From positions 1,032-65,031 of the forward strand of contig CAWCVR010000001.1 of assembly GCA_963799105.1 (NCBI GenBank): a stretch of 64,000 nucleotides of DNA, written 5' to 3'. The position numbers were made by a program, and so were the translations under genes. The notes under the pieces are model-generated. The model was not told the DNA's origin and searched no databases. It saw only the letters and a program-made list of their open reading frames with translations. Below, piece by piece: positions 46,883 through 55,415 of the stretch. The number at the start of each line of letters is the position of its first letter. Positions within the stretch are counted from its first letter, which is position 1. The stretch comes from Bryobacterales bacterium (GTDB lineage Bacteria; Acidobacteriota; Terriglobia; Bryobacterales; Bryobacteraceae).

Positions 46883-48640
46883 CTATTTGGACGGCACCGC
46901 CACCGGCTCGGGCGGCCCGAGCACCATCTCGTTGATGGCCGCCCCGGCGGGCACCATCGGATACACGTTCTCCATCTGCGCCACCTTCACGCACAGCAGG
47001 TACGGCCCGGGCTCGCGGACGGCCTCCTCGATCGCGCCGCGCAGTTCCGCGGGCTTGTCGACGATCCTGCCCTTGAACCCGTAAGCGGCGGCCAGTTTTT
47101 CGACGTCGGGGAAACAGTCGAGCTGCACCGCGCTGAGCCGGTTGTTGTAGAACAGCGTCTGCCACTGCCGCACCATGCCCAGGTGGCCGTTATTCATCAC
47201 GATGATCTTGATGGGCAGAGCGTTGCCGGCGATGGTGGACAACTCCGGAATGGACATCTGGAAACCGCCATCGCCCACCAGCGCGAAGACCAGCTTGCCG
47301 GGATTGGCGAATTGCGCGCCGACGGCGGCCGGTAGGCCGAACCCCATGGACCCCAGCCCGCCCGAGCTGAGCCACAGGCGCGGCTCGGAGAAGCCGATCA
47401 ACTGCGCGGCCCACATCTGGTGCTGGCCCACGTCGCTGGCGATGATGGCCTTCCCACCGGAGGCGCGGTCGATTTCGCCCATCAGGTGCTGCGGCATGAT
47501 CTCCGTTTCGGAGGTCACCACCTGCAGCGGATGCTCCCGCTTCCACTCCCGAACCTGGCCCCACCACGCTTTCCGCGCGGCGGACCGCTTTTCCGCGGCC
47601 GGGGTCTTGCCCTCCGCGGCGGCCAACTCGGCCAGCAGGCGGTTCAGCTTGGGGAGGATGCGCTTCACGTCGCCCACAATGGGCACGTCCGGCGTGCGGT
47701 TCTTGCCGACTTCGGCGGGGTCGATGTCCACGTGAACCACCTTGGCGTGCGGCGCGAAGGCGGCCAGCTTGCTGGTGACGCGGTCGTCGAAGCGCGTGCC
47801 GAGGGCGATCATCACGTCGCAACCCATGAGCGCCATATTGGAAGCGTAAGACCCGTGCATGCCGGGCATGCTGATGAAGTTGGGGTGATCGGCGGGCAGC
47901 GCGCCCAGTCCCAGCAGCGTGAGAACCACCGGAGCGTCCGTCAGTTCCACCATCTCCCGCAGTTCGCGCGATGCGTCCCCGGCAACCAGTCCGCCGCCGC
48001 CGTAAACCAGCGGCCGTTCGGCTTCGTGGATCAGTTGCGCCGCGCGGCGGATCTGTCCGGTGTGGCCCTCGGTGAAGACCTTGTAGCCCGGCAGATGGAC
48101 GGCGGTCACCGGCTGGTAATGGCCCTGCCCCTGGAAGACGTCCTTGGTGATGTCCACCAGCACCGGGCCGGGCCTGCCGCTGGCGGCCACGTAGAAAGCC
48201 TCGTGGATGGTCTGGGCCAGGTCCTCGAGCCGCTTCACCAGGTAGTTGTGCTTGGTGCAGGAGCGCGTGATGCCGAACGTGTCGCCTTCCTGGAAGGCGT
48301 CGCTGCCGATGAGTTTCGAGTTCACCTGGCCGGTGAGGGCCACGATGGGAATCGAATCCATCAGGGCGTCCACCAGGCCGGTAGTGAGGTTGGTGGCGCC
48401 CGGGCCGCTGGTGGCGCAGCACACGCCCACCTTGCCGGTGGAGCGGGCGTAGCCCTCGGCCGCGAAGGCGGCGTTTTCCTCATGGCGCACCAGCACGTGG
48501 CGGATCTGGCGTTCGTACAGAACGTCGTAGAAGGGGATGGTGACACCCCCCGGATACCCGAAGATACAATCGACGCCTTCCCGTGCCAGGCATTCCAATA
48601 GCATGCGGGCGCCGCTCATCAGTGTTGACATATCGTCCAT
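46883..48640 (-). CDS. ilvB: Acetolactate synthase large subunit (ThDP-dependent)
   Basis: 585 aa. It has 'GYPGGVTIPFYD', 'GPGATNLTTG' and the ThDP motif 'GDGGFQMSIPELSTI..NN'. An alternative start is the ATG at 48631. Confidence 0.95.
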   Translation of the reverse strand: MDDMSTLMSGARMLLECLAREGVDCIFGYPGGVTIPFYDVLYERQIRHVLVRHEENAAFAAEGYARSTGKVGVCCATSGPGATNLTTGLVDALMDSIPIVALTGQVNSKLIGSDAFQEGDTFGITRSCTKHNYLVKRLEDLAQTIHEAFYVAASGRPGPVLVDITKDVFQGQGHYQPVTAVHLPGYKVFTEGHTGQIRRAAQLIHEAERPLVYGGGGLVAGDASRELREMVELTDAPVVLTLLGLGALPADHPNFISMPGMHGSYASNMALMGCDVMIALGTRFDDRVTSKLAAFAPHAKVVHVDIDPAEVGKNRTPDVPIVGDVKRILPKLNRLLAELAAAEGKTPAAEKRSAARKAWWGQVREWKREHPLQVVTSETEIMPQHLMGEIDRASGGKAIIASDVGQHQMWAAQLIGFSEPRLWLSSGGLGSMGFGLPAAVGAQFANPGKLVFALVGDGGFQMSIPELSTIAGNALPIKIIVMNNGHLGMVRQWQTLFYNNRLSAVQLDCFPDVEKLAAAYGFKGRIVDKPAELRGAIEEAVREPGPYLLCVKVAQMENVYPMVPAGAAINEMVLGPPEPVAVPSK

Positions 48641-48660
48641 CTCACAATGAAGTCGTTACA

Positions 48661-48708
48661 CAACAAAAAAGGCCATCAGCCGGTTGCTTTCGCCCCGCCG
48701 ATGGCCTT
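48661..48708 (-). terminator. Attenuator/terminator hairpin in the ilv leader
   Basis: The minus strand reads AAGGCCATC-(22 nt)-GATGGCCTT, a 9-bp perfect outer stem, followed by TTTTTTGTTG. It lies between the leader-peptide stop and the ilvB start. Confidence 0.6.
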
Positions 48709-48728
48709 GGGAATTTCTTCCGGCTGGC

Positions 48729-48827
48729 CTACGCGGGGCCGGCTACGATGACCAGGATAATAATGCTTACGGGAACCGCAAGAATGTTGCCGAGTGGAAG
48801 GGACCGGTTTGTGGCGGCGGGCAACAT
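48729..48827 (-). CDS. Putative ilv operon leader peptide (32 aa, branched-chain-rich)
   Basis: The ATG at 48827 opens MLPAATNRSLPLGNILAVPVSIIILVIVAGPA* (stop 48731-48729). Nine of the 11 residues in 'VPVSIIILVIV' are Val, Ile or Leu. A terminator hairpin follows directly. The ORF is below the track size cut-off. Confidence 0.5.
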   Translation of the reverse strand: MLPAATNRSLPLGNILAVPVSIIILVIVAGPA

Positions 48828-48844
48828 CGGAGTACCGAACTTTG

Positions 48845-48873
48845 AGTGTAGCCGGAAAATTCCCTTAATGCAA
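48845..48873 (-). promoter_or_regulatory. Candidate sigma70-type promoter for the ilv leader/operon
   Basis: The minus strand reads TTGCAT (48873-48868), a 17-nt spacer, then TACACT (48850-48845). The -10 element is 17 nt upstream of the leader ATG. Confidence 0.4.
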
Positions 48874-49057
48874 GGGCGGGGTGGTATTAACAGAGTTAAT
48901 GGGAGAATTAGCGGGCGCCAGCCAGCGCGTCCGCTCTCCTGGGCAGCCCCACGGAACCGCGAGCGTAAGCGAGCGGCCCGAACGCCACGACCGAATCGCC
49001 GCGGGGGCTCGTCTCCCGTCCGGGCCGGGAAGGAAAGCGAGCGCCGGCCACGCGCCG

Positions 49058-49381
49058 TTACCCCAATTCCAATATGCGGCGCACGGCGGCCTCCACGGCC
49101 AGCAGATCGGACGCGGAAATCTCACCCATGCGCTCGTGCAGCCTCTCTTTAGCGACGGCGCGAATCTGATCCGTCACGGCCACTACTCGCCGTCCGGCGC
49201 ACTCCACCGGCACCAGAATTGGCGGGCTCGGTTGCGGCGATGACGAAAGCGGCACCACCACCGTGCGCCGGCGTTCGTTCAGAATATTGGCGGAGAGAAC
49301 CAGGCACGGGCGGGTCTTCCCAATTCCCGACCCAAGTGTGGGCTCCAGCCGGACCCACCACACCTCACCGCGACGGGCCAT
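49058..49381 (-). CDS. mazF: MazF/PemK-family toxin endoribonuclease
   Basis: 107 aa. It has 'RGEVWWVRLEPTLGSGIGKTRPCLVLS' and '..VVVPLSS..', typical of PemK/MazF. It overlaps the upstream antitoxin gene by 17 nt. Confidence 0.8.
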   Translation of the reverse strand: MARRGEVWWVRLEPTLGSGIGKTRPCLVLSANILNERRRTVVVPLSSSPQPSPPILVPVECAGRRVVAVTDQIRAVAKERLHERMGEISASDLLAVEAAVRRILELG

Positions 49382-49616
49382 TTGTCCACGGCTCGACGAT
49401 TTCGGCTGAGATCACATCGAACTCCCGTTCTATCGAACGAACGTCTACGCTCCGGTTGGCGACATCGCACGCCAGCGCCAACTCCTCGTCCCAGGCGGAC
49501 AACCGCGCCCGAAGCGCATCGGCGACATAGCGGGACCTGTCCCTCGCCGCGACACTCTTGATCAGCTCAGCGGCCAGGGCGTCGGGAAGTGAAAACGTCA
49601 TCTTTCTGGCGGCCAT
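49365..49616 (-). CDS. Antitoxin of the MazF-like toxin (RHH/CopG-like N-terminus)
   Basis: The start is taken at ATG 49616 (MAARKMTFSLPDALAAELIKSVAARDRSRYVADALRARL..). The track ORF's longer N-terminus is Arg/Cys-rich and looks spurious. Confidence 0.6.
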   Translation of the reverse strand: MAARKMTFSLPDALAAELIKSVAARDRSRYVADALRARLSAWDEELALACDVANRSVDVRSIEREFDVISAEIVEPWTNGPSR

Positions 49617-50278
49617 ATCGGCAAAATACCATAATGGTTCCACCGGACGCTGTCCCACTGGATTTTGCCCACGGAAGCCGCCCCAGCAGCGCGCGGGAGG
49701 TCGACTCGCTGGCTGGCGGCAAGACCGGCAAAACCTGGCAAACGTCCTGACGCATGTTGCGCGCCTTGCGGCCGTGGATGCCCACCTGCATGTCTTTGTA
49801 TTCCGTGTAGATGTTCGCGCCGACCGCGGCAACTCCGGTGAGAAGCAACGCCCAGGGATTCGCCGCAAGCGCGAGCGCCAGCCCTTGCACAGCCGTGGCA
49901 ATGACCGCAATCTTCGTGCAACACGCACGTCACTGGTTGCATGACGGCAATTGGCACGGCTGCTGGCGGTCCCACCGAGTTCGGACGTTGCCGACCGGGA
50001 CTATACAATCCCGTCGAGGTTTTCAGCGGGTGCCGCGCATTCCAAGGATAATCTTCAGGCCAGTGTCTCGTGTGCGACGGCTATCGCTGCATCCCGGCCG
50101 TTCGTCCAGGGAGTGCTTGGGGCAGCCCTGATGAGACGGGAAAAAACGTTACGACGAGCAGATATGTCACGGCTTGAGCAGTCGTAGCGAATTTAGAAAC
50201 GCAGCAACGCGGGGTTCAGCACTCGAATCGTTAACGTCCGCCACAGCGGTGAGCAGTCTCAGCGGTAATTTCACCCAA

Positions 50279-50680
50279 TTATGTTCGTAGCACCATTAGT
50301 CTCTTATTCGCCTTCCACCGAATGCGGATTTCGCGGCCTGGATTTCCATCGAGAATAATGTCGGTTTTAGTGACGAGTGTATTGGTGTAGTCCCTAACGT
50401 GGGCTCTGACGAAGTTGCCCTCGATGCGATCAAACTGCCACTTAGCATCGTCAACGTACTTGCCTGACATAGGCTCGTACACAAGCATGTACCTTTCGTC
50501 GCCGCCTGTTGATTTGATCTCGTAATCGTCGAGGGTGATTCCATTGCGAGCCTGAACAGGAGTTCCAGGCATCCGCGCAGCAACACCGGCTTCCTTCCAG
50601 ACGTACTCGTTCCCTTGAGCTTGGGCGACTTGGTACGGTGCGAGCAGAAAGAACGCACCCACGAAGATGGCGCACATCAT
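50279..50680 (-). CDS. Secreted hypothetical protein (signal peptide)
   Basis: 133 aa. 'MMCAIFVGAFFLLAPYQVAQAQG' looks like a signal peptide. The gene is lower in G+C than its surroundings. Confidence 0.65.
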   Translation of the reverse strand: MMCAIFVGAFFLLAPYQVAQAQGNEYVWKEAGVAARMPGTPVQARNGITLDDYEIKSTGGDERYMLVYEPMSGKYVDDAKWQFDRIEGNFVRAHVRDYTNTLVTKTDIILDGNPGREIRIRWKANKRLMVLRT

Positions 50681-51125
50681 ATCACCTCACATCAATTGGA
50701 CCCCATCAGCCAACTGCCGAACTCGTACTTGGGGCCCTGCGAAGCCCCTTCATCCGGTGAGCCTAACACAAATCCGCAAGGCGATGCGGTCACATAGCGC
50801 GGTGATTCGACGATCCCTGCGACTTCTCTCGTTCCAGCAGGTCCCGCTCCTCCGCGATGATCAGCATTGCGCAGAACTCGTCGGCGCGAATCTCGTCAAG
50901 GCCGATGTGAACCCCCAGTTTTGGCGCGCCAATCAGGTCGAGCGCGCGCCGGATGAGCAGTCCCTTCTCCGTGCACTGGGCGGCGTCCAGTCGGTCCAAC
51001 GGGCAATGGTCGCACCGCTCGCCATCGTCCTCCGGCGCGTCGGGGCACAGGCCGGGATCGCACAGTTCCTCTCGGCGCAGCGCCCAATGTACCAGGAACG
51101 GGAACGATAGACTATCCAGCTACGG

Positions 51126-51674
51126 TCAGTGGCTGGAAGCAATCAATTCCACGAACCGTGGCACCGTCTTTCCTAGGATGTTCAGAAGCTCCGGTAGGCT
51201 ACGGTTTCGGTCGGCGGCCTGCTCTCGCAGTTTCGCCATTACGGCGGCCGGCTCCTGATGGTAAAGCGCGCCGAGGAATGACCCAGGGTGCAGGGCTGCG
51301 ACTCCCCACGGATCGAGATGTTCTTTCCGGAAGTGCCGGAGATTGAAGGTCACGATGATGGGAGCCCCGCAGGAGACCGCCGCGGCAAGGACGTGCCGGT
51401 CCTTCTCGTCGTTCTCCATGCGGGAAACCAGTGGATTGTGGCCCGTCACCCAGGCATCTCCAAAGTGCGAAAGAAGCTCGCTCTGGAAATGGGCCGTGAG
51501 CGTGGAAGGCCACGCCAGCCTGGATTCCAGCGTGCGGACGGTTTCGGCCATGATCTCCGCCGACCATCTTGGCTCGTAAAGCGAAGGGGCCTCCGCAAGC
51601 CGGAGCAGTGTGTCGCATAGGGAGAAGTTGGCAAGAACGCAGGCGTCCAGAATAGCCTGTGGAGCGCCGCTCAT
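51126..51674 (-). CDS. PIN-domain toxin (VapC-like)
   Basis: 182 aa. It has 'ILDACVLANFSLCD' (first acidic residue) and 'DRHVLAAAVSCGAPIIVTFNLRHF'. An ATGA overlap joins it to the upstream antitoxin. Confidence 0.75.
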   Translation of the reverse strand: MSGAPQAILDACVLANFSLCDTLLRLAEAPSLYEPRWSAEIMAETVRTLESRLAWPSTLTAHFQSELLSHFGDAWVTGHNPLVSRMENDEKDRHVLAAAVSCGAPIIVTFNLRHFRKEHLDPWGVAALHPGSFLGALYHQEPAAVMAKLREQAADRNRSLPELLNILGKTVPRFVELIASSH

Positions 51675-51889
51675 TCCTGGCTGGGAACGAGCACGCGCTC
51701 ATAGAGGCCCGCATCGTTCACGGCCTGGCCGACCCTGCGAAGCGCTTGGGTCCGCTCCCGGTTCCGTTCATTCTGATCGAGAAAAAACTGAACCGCGGTG
51801 TCGAAGAACTGATTCGCATCGCGGTACTGGCCGGCGGCCAATTCACCTTCTACTCGCCGCGCAATCTCAGGGGACAGGTTCACGTTCAT
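51671..51889 (-). CDS. ParD/RHH-type antitoxin
   Basis: 72 aa. 'MNVNLSPEIARRVEGELAAGQYRDANQFFDTAV' resembles ParD (COG3609) antitoxins. Confidence 0.6.
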   Translation of the reverse strand: MNVNLSPEIARRVEGELAAGQYRDANQFFDTAVQFFLDQNERNRERTQALRRVGQAVNDAGLYERVLVPSQE

Positions 51890-51914
51890 GGCCGTTCCTC
51901 TTGCTTCGATTCTA

Positions 51915-51972
51915 CGATATCCCTCAATCCAGCGTTTTATGGAACCGCGCCGTGCTCAGGCCCAGCACCACC
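51915..51972. repeat. 58-bp direct repeat, relic copy of the ABC-2 permease 3' end
   Basis: It matches 53118-53175 at 55/58 positions. On the minus strand it would encode ..VVLGLSTARFHKTLD*. Confidence 0.8.
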
Positions 51973-51996
51973 TCCTGCTACCACGAATGCCCCGTA

Positions 51997-53024
51997 CTAC
52001 TGCTGCTGCGGCGGAGCTACGCAGATCGCCGCGCCATCGAACGACATCAAACCACCGATATTCACCGTAAGGTTCGTCGAGGTATACGCCGTTGCGCATC
52101 GCGCTATGGGCACGGGAGGCGCTGGTATCGTAGCGTTGATTTGATACAGACCAACGTAACCCGGAGCGAAATAAGCTGGCAAGACGGTTGCGTTGACATG
52201 CGGGTCCTCCGCCCTTGGCGACATCGCGGCCGCGGCCGGTATCGGCGGCGGATACGGCAGACTTGGCACGGCGTTTGGCCGGAATTCGAAATCCACATTC
52301 GCCAGGGCGTTTGCCGGAGGGACCGGGCTCGCTTGCCCGGTCTTCACCGAGCCGTTCGGCTGCCCAAGCCCCACGACGTATATGGAGATGGTCTCCCCGA
52401 TCTTCGCCGGATTCGTGCCGGTCACGTTGCTGCCGTCCGCGTGAATCACGGCTGGCGGCAGTTGCGACGGGGCCAACCCGGCTGCGGGCGGAGACCCCGG
52501 AGCAGTCAGCGTGTCGCCCATGCGCACCACATGGACGGCGTCCGTCTGCATGGTAGCTGAATTGAAGCCCGGTTCGACTGGTCGTCGGAAACCGTGAGCA
52601 CGGCGGAGTTCGAGCCAGGGCCGGCGAGAGAGAAGCCGGGCGGAACCAGTTCGAACGGGAGTTGCACGGTGACTCCTGTGAGGGCCGGGCACCCCGTCGA
52701 ACCTGATGGGGCGCCGCACGCAATCGGGGCCGGAAACACCGCAAGAATTGGAACTGCGAGCGGCCCCTGTGGGCTAAGATCCTGGGTTACAGACGCCGAT
52801 ATGTGGGCTAGCGTCGAGGGCAGTGGCAGGCTGTTTGCCCGCACCGGACCCGTTAACGCCGCCCCCACGCCGTGCACGAATACTGTAAGCAACTGGCCCG
52901 GCGCAGCCAGTACTGGCGAGGGTTGAGCGTATCCAGCGCCCGCGACCAAAGCATTCTGCGCCAAAGCGGGCGGGCCGGCTATGACTGCCAGTCCGATCAC
53001 GATTGCCAAGTTCCAGAATTGCAT
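51997..53024 (-). pseudogene. Secreted TIGR03437-like (Solibacter-type C-terminal domain) protein with one -1-type frame break
   Basis: The signal peptide is 'MQFWNLAIVIGLAVIAGPPALAQ'. The peptide has ..SLPLPSTLAHISASV.. and a frame join at ~52570 (..AVLTVSDDQS / EPGFNSATMQTDAVHVV..). It also has ..'APGYVGLYQINATIP', which is typical of TIGR03437 proteins. Confidence 0.6.
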
Positions 53025-53117
53025 TCGCCCTTCTTCACTCTAGCGGGAGTTTACTACTACTACGGAGGTGCCGCGATGCGAAGTGCATGCCGCCAGGTCG
53101 GCAGGCCGCGCCGCGCC

Positions 53118-53175
53118 CGATATCCCTCAATCCAGCGTTTTGTGGAAGCGCGCCGTGCTCAGACCCAGCACCACC
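53118..53175. repeat. 58-bp direct repeat, functional copy at the 3' end of the permease gene
   Basis: See 51915-51972. Confidence 0.8.
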
Positions 53176-54278
53176 ACTCCGTACACCACCAGGCACAGCA
53201 TCTGCGGCCAGAGCACCGCGATCCCCGAGCCCTTCAGAAAAATGCCGCGCACGATCTCGATGAAGTAGCGCAGCGGGTTCAGATACGTCAGGTACTGCAC
53301 CACCACCGGCATATTGCGGATCGGGAAGGCGAACCCGCTCAGCATGAAGGCCGGCGTGGTGAAGAAGAAGCTCATCATCATGGCCTGCTGCTGGGTGTGC
53401 GACACCGTCGAGAGGAACAGCCCCGCGCCCAGCGACGTCATCAGGTACGCCAGCGAGCACACCAGCAGCAGCCACGGGCTGCCGCGGAACGGGATGTGAA
53501 ACACCGCGAGCGCCACGGTGGTGATGAGCACCACGTCCACCAGGCCCACTACGGCGAAGGGCAGCGTCTTGCCGATCATCAGCTCCAGGGGCCGCAGCGG
53601 GGTGACCATCAACTGCTCCATGGTGCCGATCTCTTTCTCGCGCACGATGGCCAGCGCCGTCAGCATCAGCGTCACCATCATGATGATGTTGGCCACCACG
53701 CCGGGGACGAAGTAGTTACGGCTGTAGAGATCGGGGTTGAACCACACCCGCGTGCGCGCGGAAACCTGCGGAAACACCATGTTCACGGGAGCCGCCGCGC
53801 CACGGCTGAGGATCTGCGAGGTGCGGCGGTCGGCCATGACGTCGTTCGAGAACGCGGCGATGATCTCTCCGCCGTAGCTGGCCACCAGCGACGCGGTATT
53901 GGAATTGGTGCCGTCCACCAGCACCTGCACGGCGGCTGGGCGGCCGCGCCGCACGTCGCGCTCGAAATCCGCCAGTACCCGCACCACGGCCTGCACCCGG
54001 CCGCGGTCGAGCGCCTGCTGCACGTCATCTTCGCTTGCGGGCAGCGCCACCACGTCGAACTTGCCGGAGCCCTCGAAGCGCGCGCGCAGGTCGCGGCTCA
54101 TCGGGGTGCGGTCCAGATCCATCCAGGCGATGCGCACGTGGTCCACGTCCAGGTTCACCGCGAAACCGAACACCAGCAATTGAATGATCGGAGGGAGGAA
54201 CAGCAGCGTGCGCATGCGCGGCTCGCGCAGCGCCTGTATGAATTCCTTGCGGATGACGACTCGGATACGTTCCCACAT
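53127..54278 (-). CDS. ABC-2 type transporter permease
   Basis: 383 aa. It has an N-terminal 'IRKEFIQALREPRMR', a large periplasmic loop and C-terminal multi-span hydrophobic segments. Confidence 0.85.
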   Translation of the reverse strand: MWERIRVVIRKEFIQALREPRMRTLLFLPPIIQLLVFGFAVNLDVDHVRIAWMDLDRTPMSRDLRARFEGSGKFDVVALPASEDDVQQALDRGRVQAVVRVLADFERDVRRGRPAAVQVLVDGTNSNTASLVASYGGEIIAAFSNDVMADRRTSQILSRGAAAPVNMVFPQVSARTRVWFNPDLYSRNYFVPGVVANIIMMVTLMLTALAIVREKEIGTMEQLMVTPLRPLELMIGKTLPFAVVGLVDVVLITTVALAVFHIPFRGSPWLLLVCSLAYLMTSLGAGLFLSTVSHTQQQAMMMSFFFTTPAFMLSGFAFPIRNMPVVVQYLTYLNPLRYFIEIVRGIFLKGSGIAVLWPQMLCLVVYGVVVLGLSTARFHKTLD

Positions 54279-54281
54279 AGT

Positions 54282-55415
54282 TCACGCCAGTTTCTGATTC
54301 ACCTTGCGCACCGCCAGCAAAAAGATGATGGTGGCGTACAGCGCCAGGAACCCCAATTCGCCCCACAAGATCCGGAAGCCCACGCCCTTCAGGAAAATGC
54401 CCTTCAGAATCGTCACCACGTAGCGCGCCGGTATGATCCGCGAGATTACCTGGATCACCGGCGGCATGTTCTCGATGGAGTACACGAAACCCGAGAGCAG
54501 GAACGCCGGGAGGAACGAGCTCAGGAGTCCCATCTGGTAGGCCTGCAACTGCGTCTTGGCCGCAGCCGAAACGAAGATGCCCCAGAACAGCACGCCCACC
54601 AGGAAGACGCACACCGAAAGCGCCAACAGCGGGATGCTGCCGCGCAACGGCACGGTGAAGACGAACAGCCCCACCAGCACCGCCAGCACCGCGTCCGCCA
54701 GGCCCAACACGAAATAGGCCAGCATCTTACCCAGCACCATTTCGGCGGGCCGCAGGGGCGTGGAGAGCAACTGCTCCATGGTCCCCATTTCCCATTCCCG
54801 CGCGATGGTCAGCGAGGTCAGCAGGGCCGCGATGATTTGCAGGATCACCGCGATCAGGCCGGGCACCACGTAGTTCTTGGATTCGAGCGAGCTGTTGTAC
54901 CACACCCGCAAACGCGCGTCCACGGGTGGAACGGCGCGCTCGCCGCCGCGCCGGTTCTGCATCTGCGCGCGAACGTCGAAGGAATAGCTCCGCACCACGG
55001 TCTCGGCGTAACCCAGCGTGATCGAGGCCGTGTTGGAGTCGCTGCCATCCAGCAGCAGTTGCACCGGCGCGTCGTGCCCGGAGCGGATCAGCTTCGAGTA
55101 ATCGCGCGGAATCACCACCCCCATCAGCACCTGGTTGCGGTCGATGGCCCGTTCGATGGCCGCGTAGTTGGCCACCACGCCCTCGATCTCGAAGTACTTC
55201 GATCCCCGGAACTCGTCTGTCAGGTCGTGGCTGGCCTGGGTGTTGTCCTGGTCGTAGATCAGGGTGGAGACGCGGTCCACGTCCAGGCTCAAGGCGTAGC
55301 CGTAGAGCAGCAGCATCATCACCGGGACGAACAGGGCCAGCCCCAGGCTGCGCGAATCGCGCACGATGTGGTGCAGTTCCTTGACGAACATGGCTCGCAG
55401 CCGGCGGGCGCTCAT
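54282..55415 (-). CDS. ABC-2 type transporter permease
   Basis: 377 aa. It is a paralogue of the downstream permease ('VKELHHIVRDSRSL'). Confidence 0.85.
   Translation of the reverse strand: MSARRLRAMFVKELHHIVRDSRSLGLALFVPVMMLLLYGYALSLDVDRVSTLIYDQDNTQASHDLTDEFRGSKYFEIEGVVANYAAIERAIDRNQVLMGVVIPRDYSKLIRSGHDAPVQLLLDGSDSNTASITLGYAETVVRSYSFDVRAQMQNRRGGERAVPPVDARLRVWYNSSLESKNYVVPGLIAVILQIIAALLTSLTIAREWEMGTMEQLLSTPLRPAEMVLGKMLAYFVLGLADAVLAVLVGLFVFTVPLRGSIPLLALSVCVFLVGVLFWGIFVSAAAKTQLQAYQMGLLSSFLPAFLLSGFVYSIENMPPVIQVISRIIPARYVVTILKGIFLKGVGFRILWGELGFLALYATIIFLLAVRKVNQKLA

Noticed and set aside
49567-50008. ORFs of 107 and 136 aa lie upstream of, or overlap, the MazF antitoxin gene.
   Set aside because: One overlaps the antitoxin gene. 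The composition beyond a short hydrophobic stretch is Arg/Gly-rich. There is no ribosome-binding site or recognisable domain. I treat it as a possible gene fragment only.
50790-51110. A Cys-rich coding-looking frame reads ..LCDPGLCPDAPEDDGERCDHCPLDRLDAAQCTEKGLLIRRALDL...
   Set aside because: The frame opens right after a TAG. Its only canonical start is a TTG two-thirds of the way in (the 69-aa track ORF). It is likely a truncated relic, so I mention it in a finding but do not call it as a gene.
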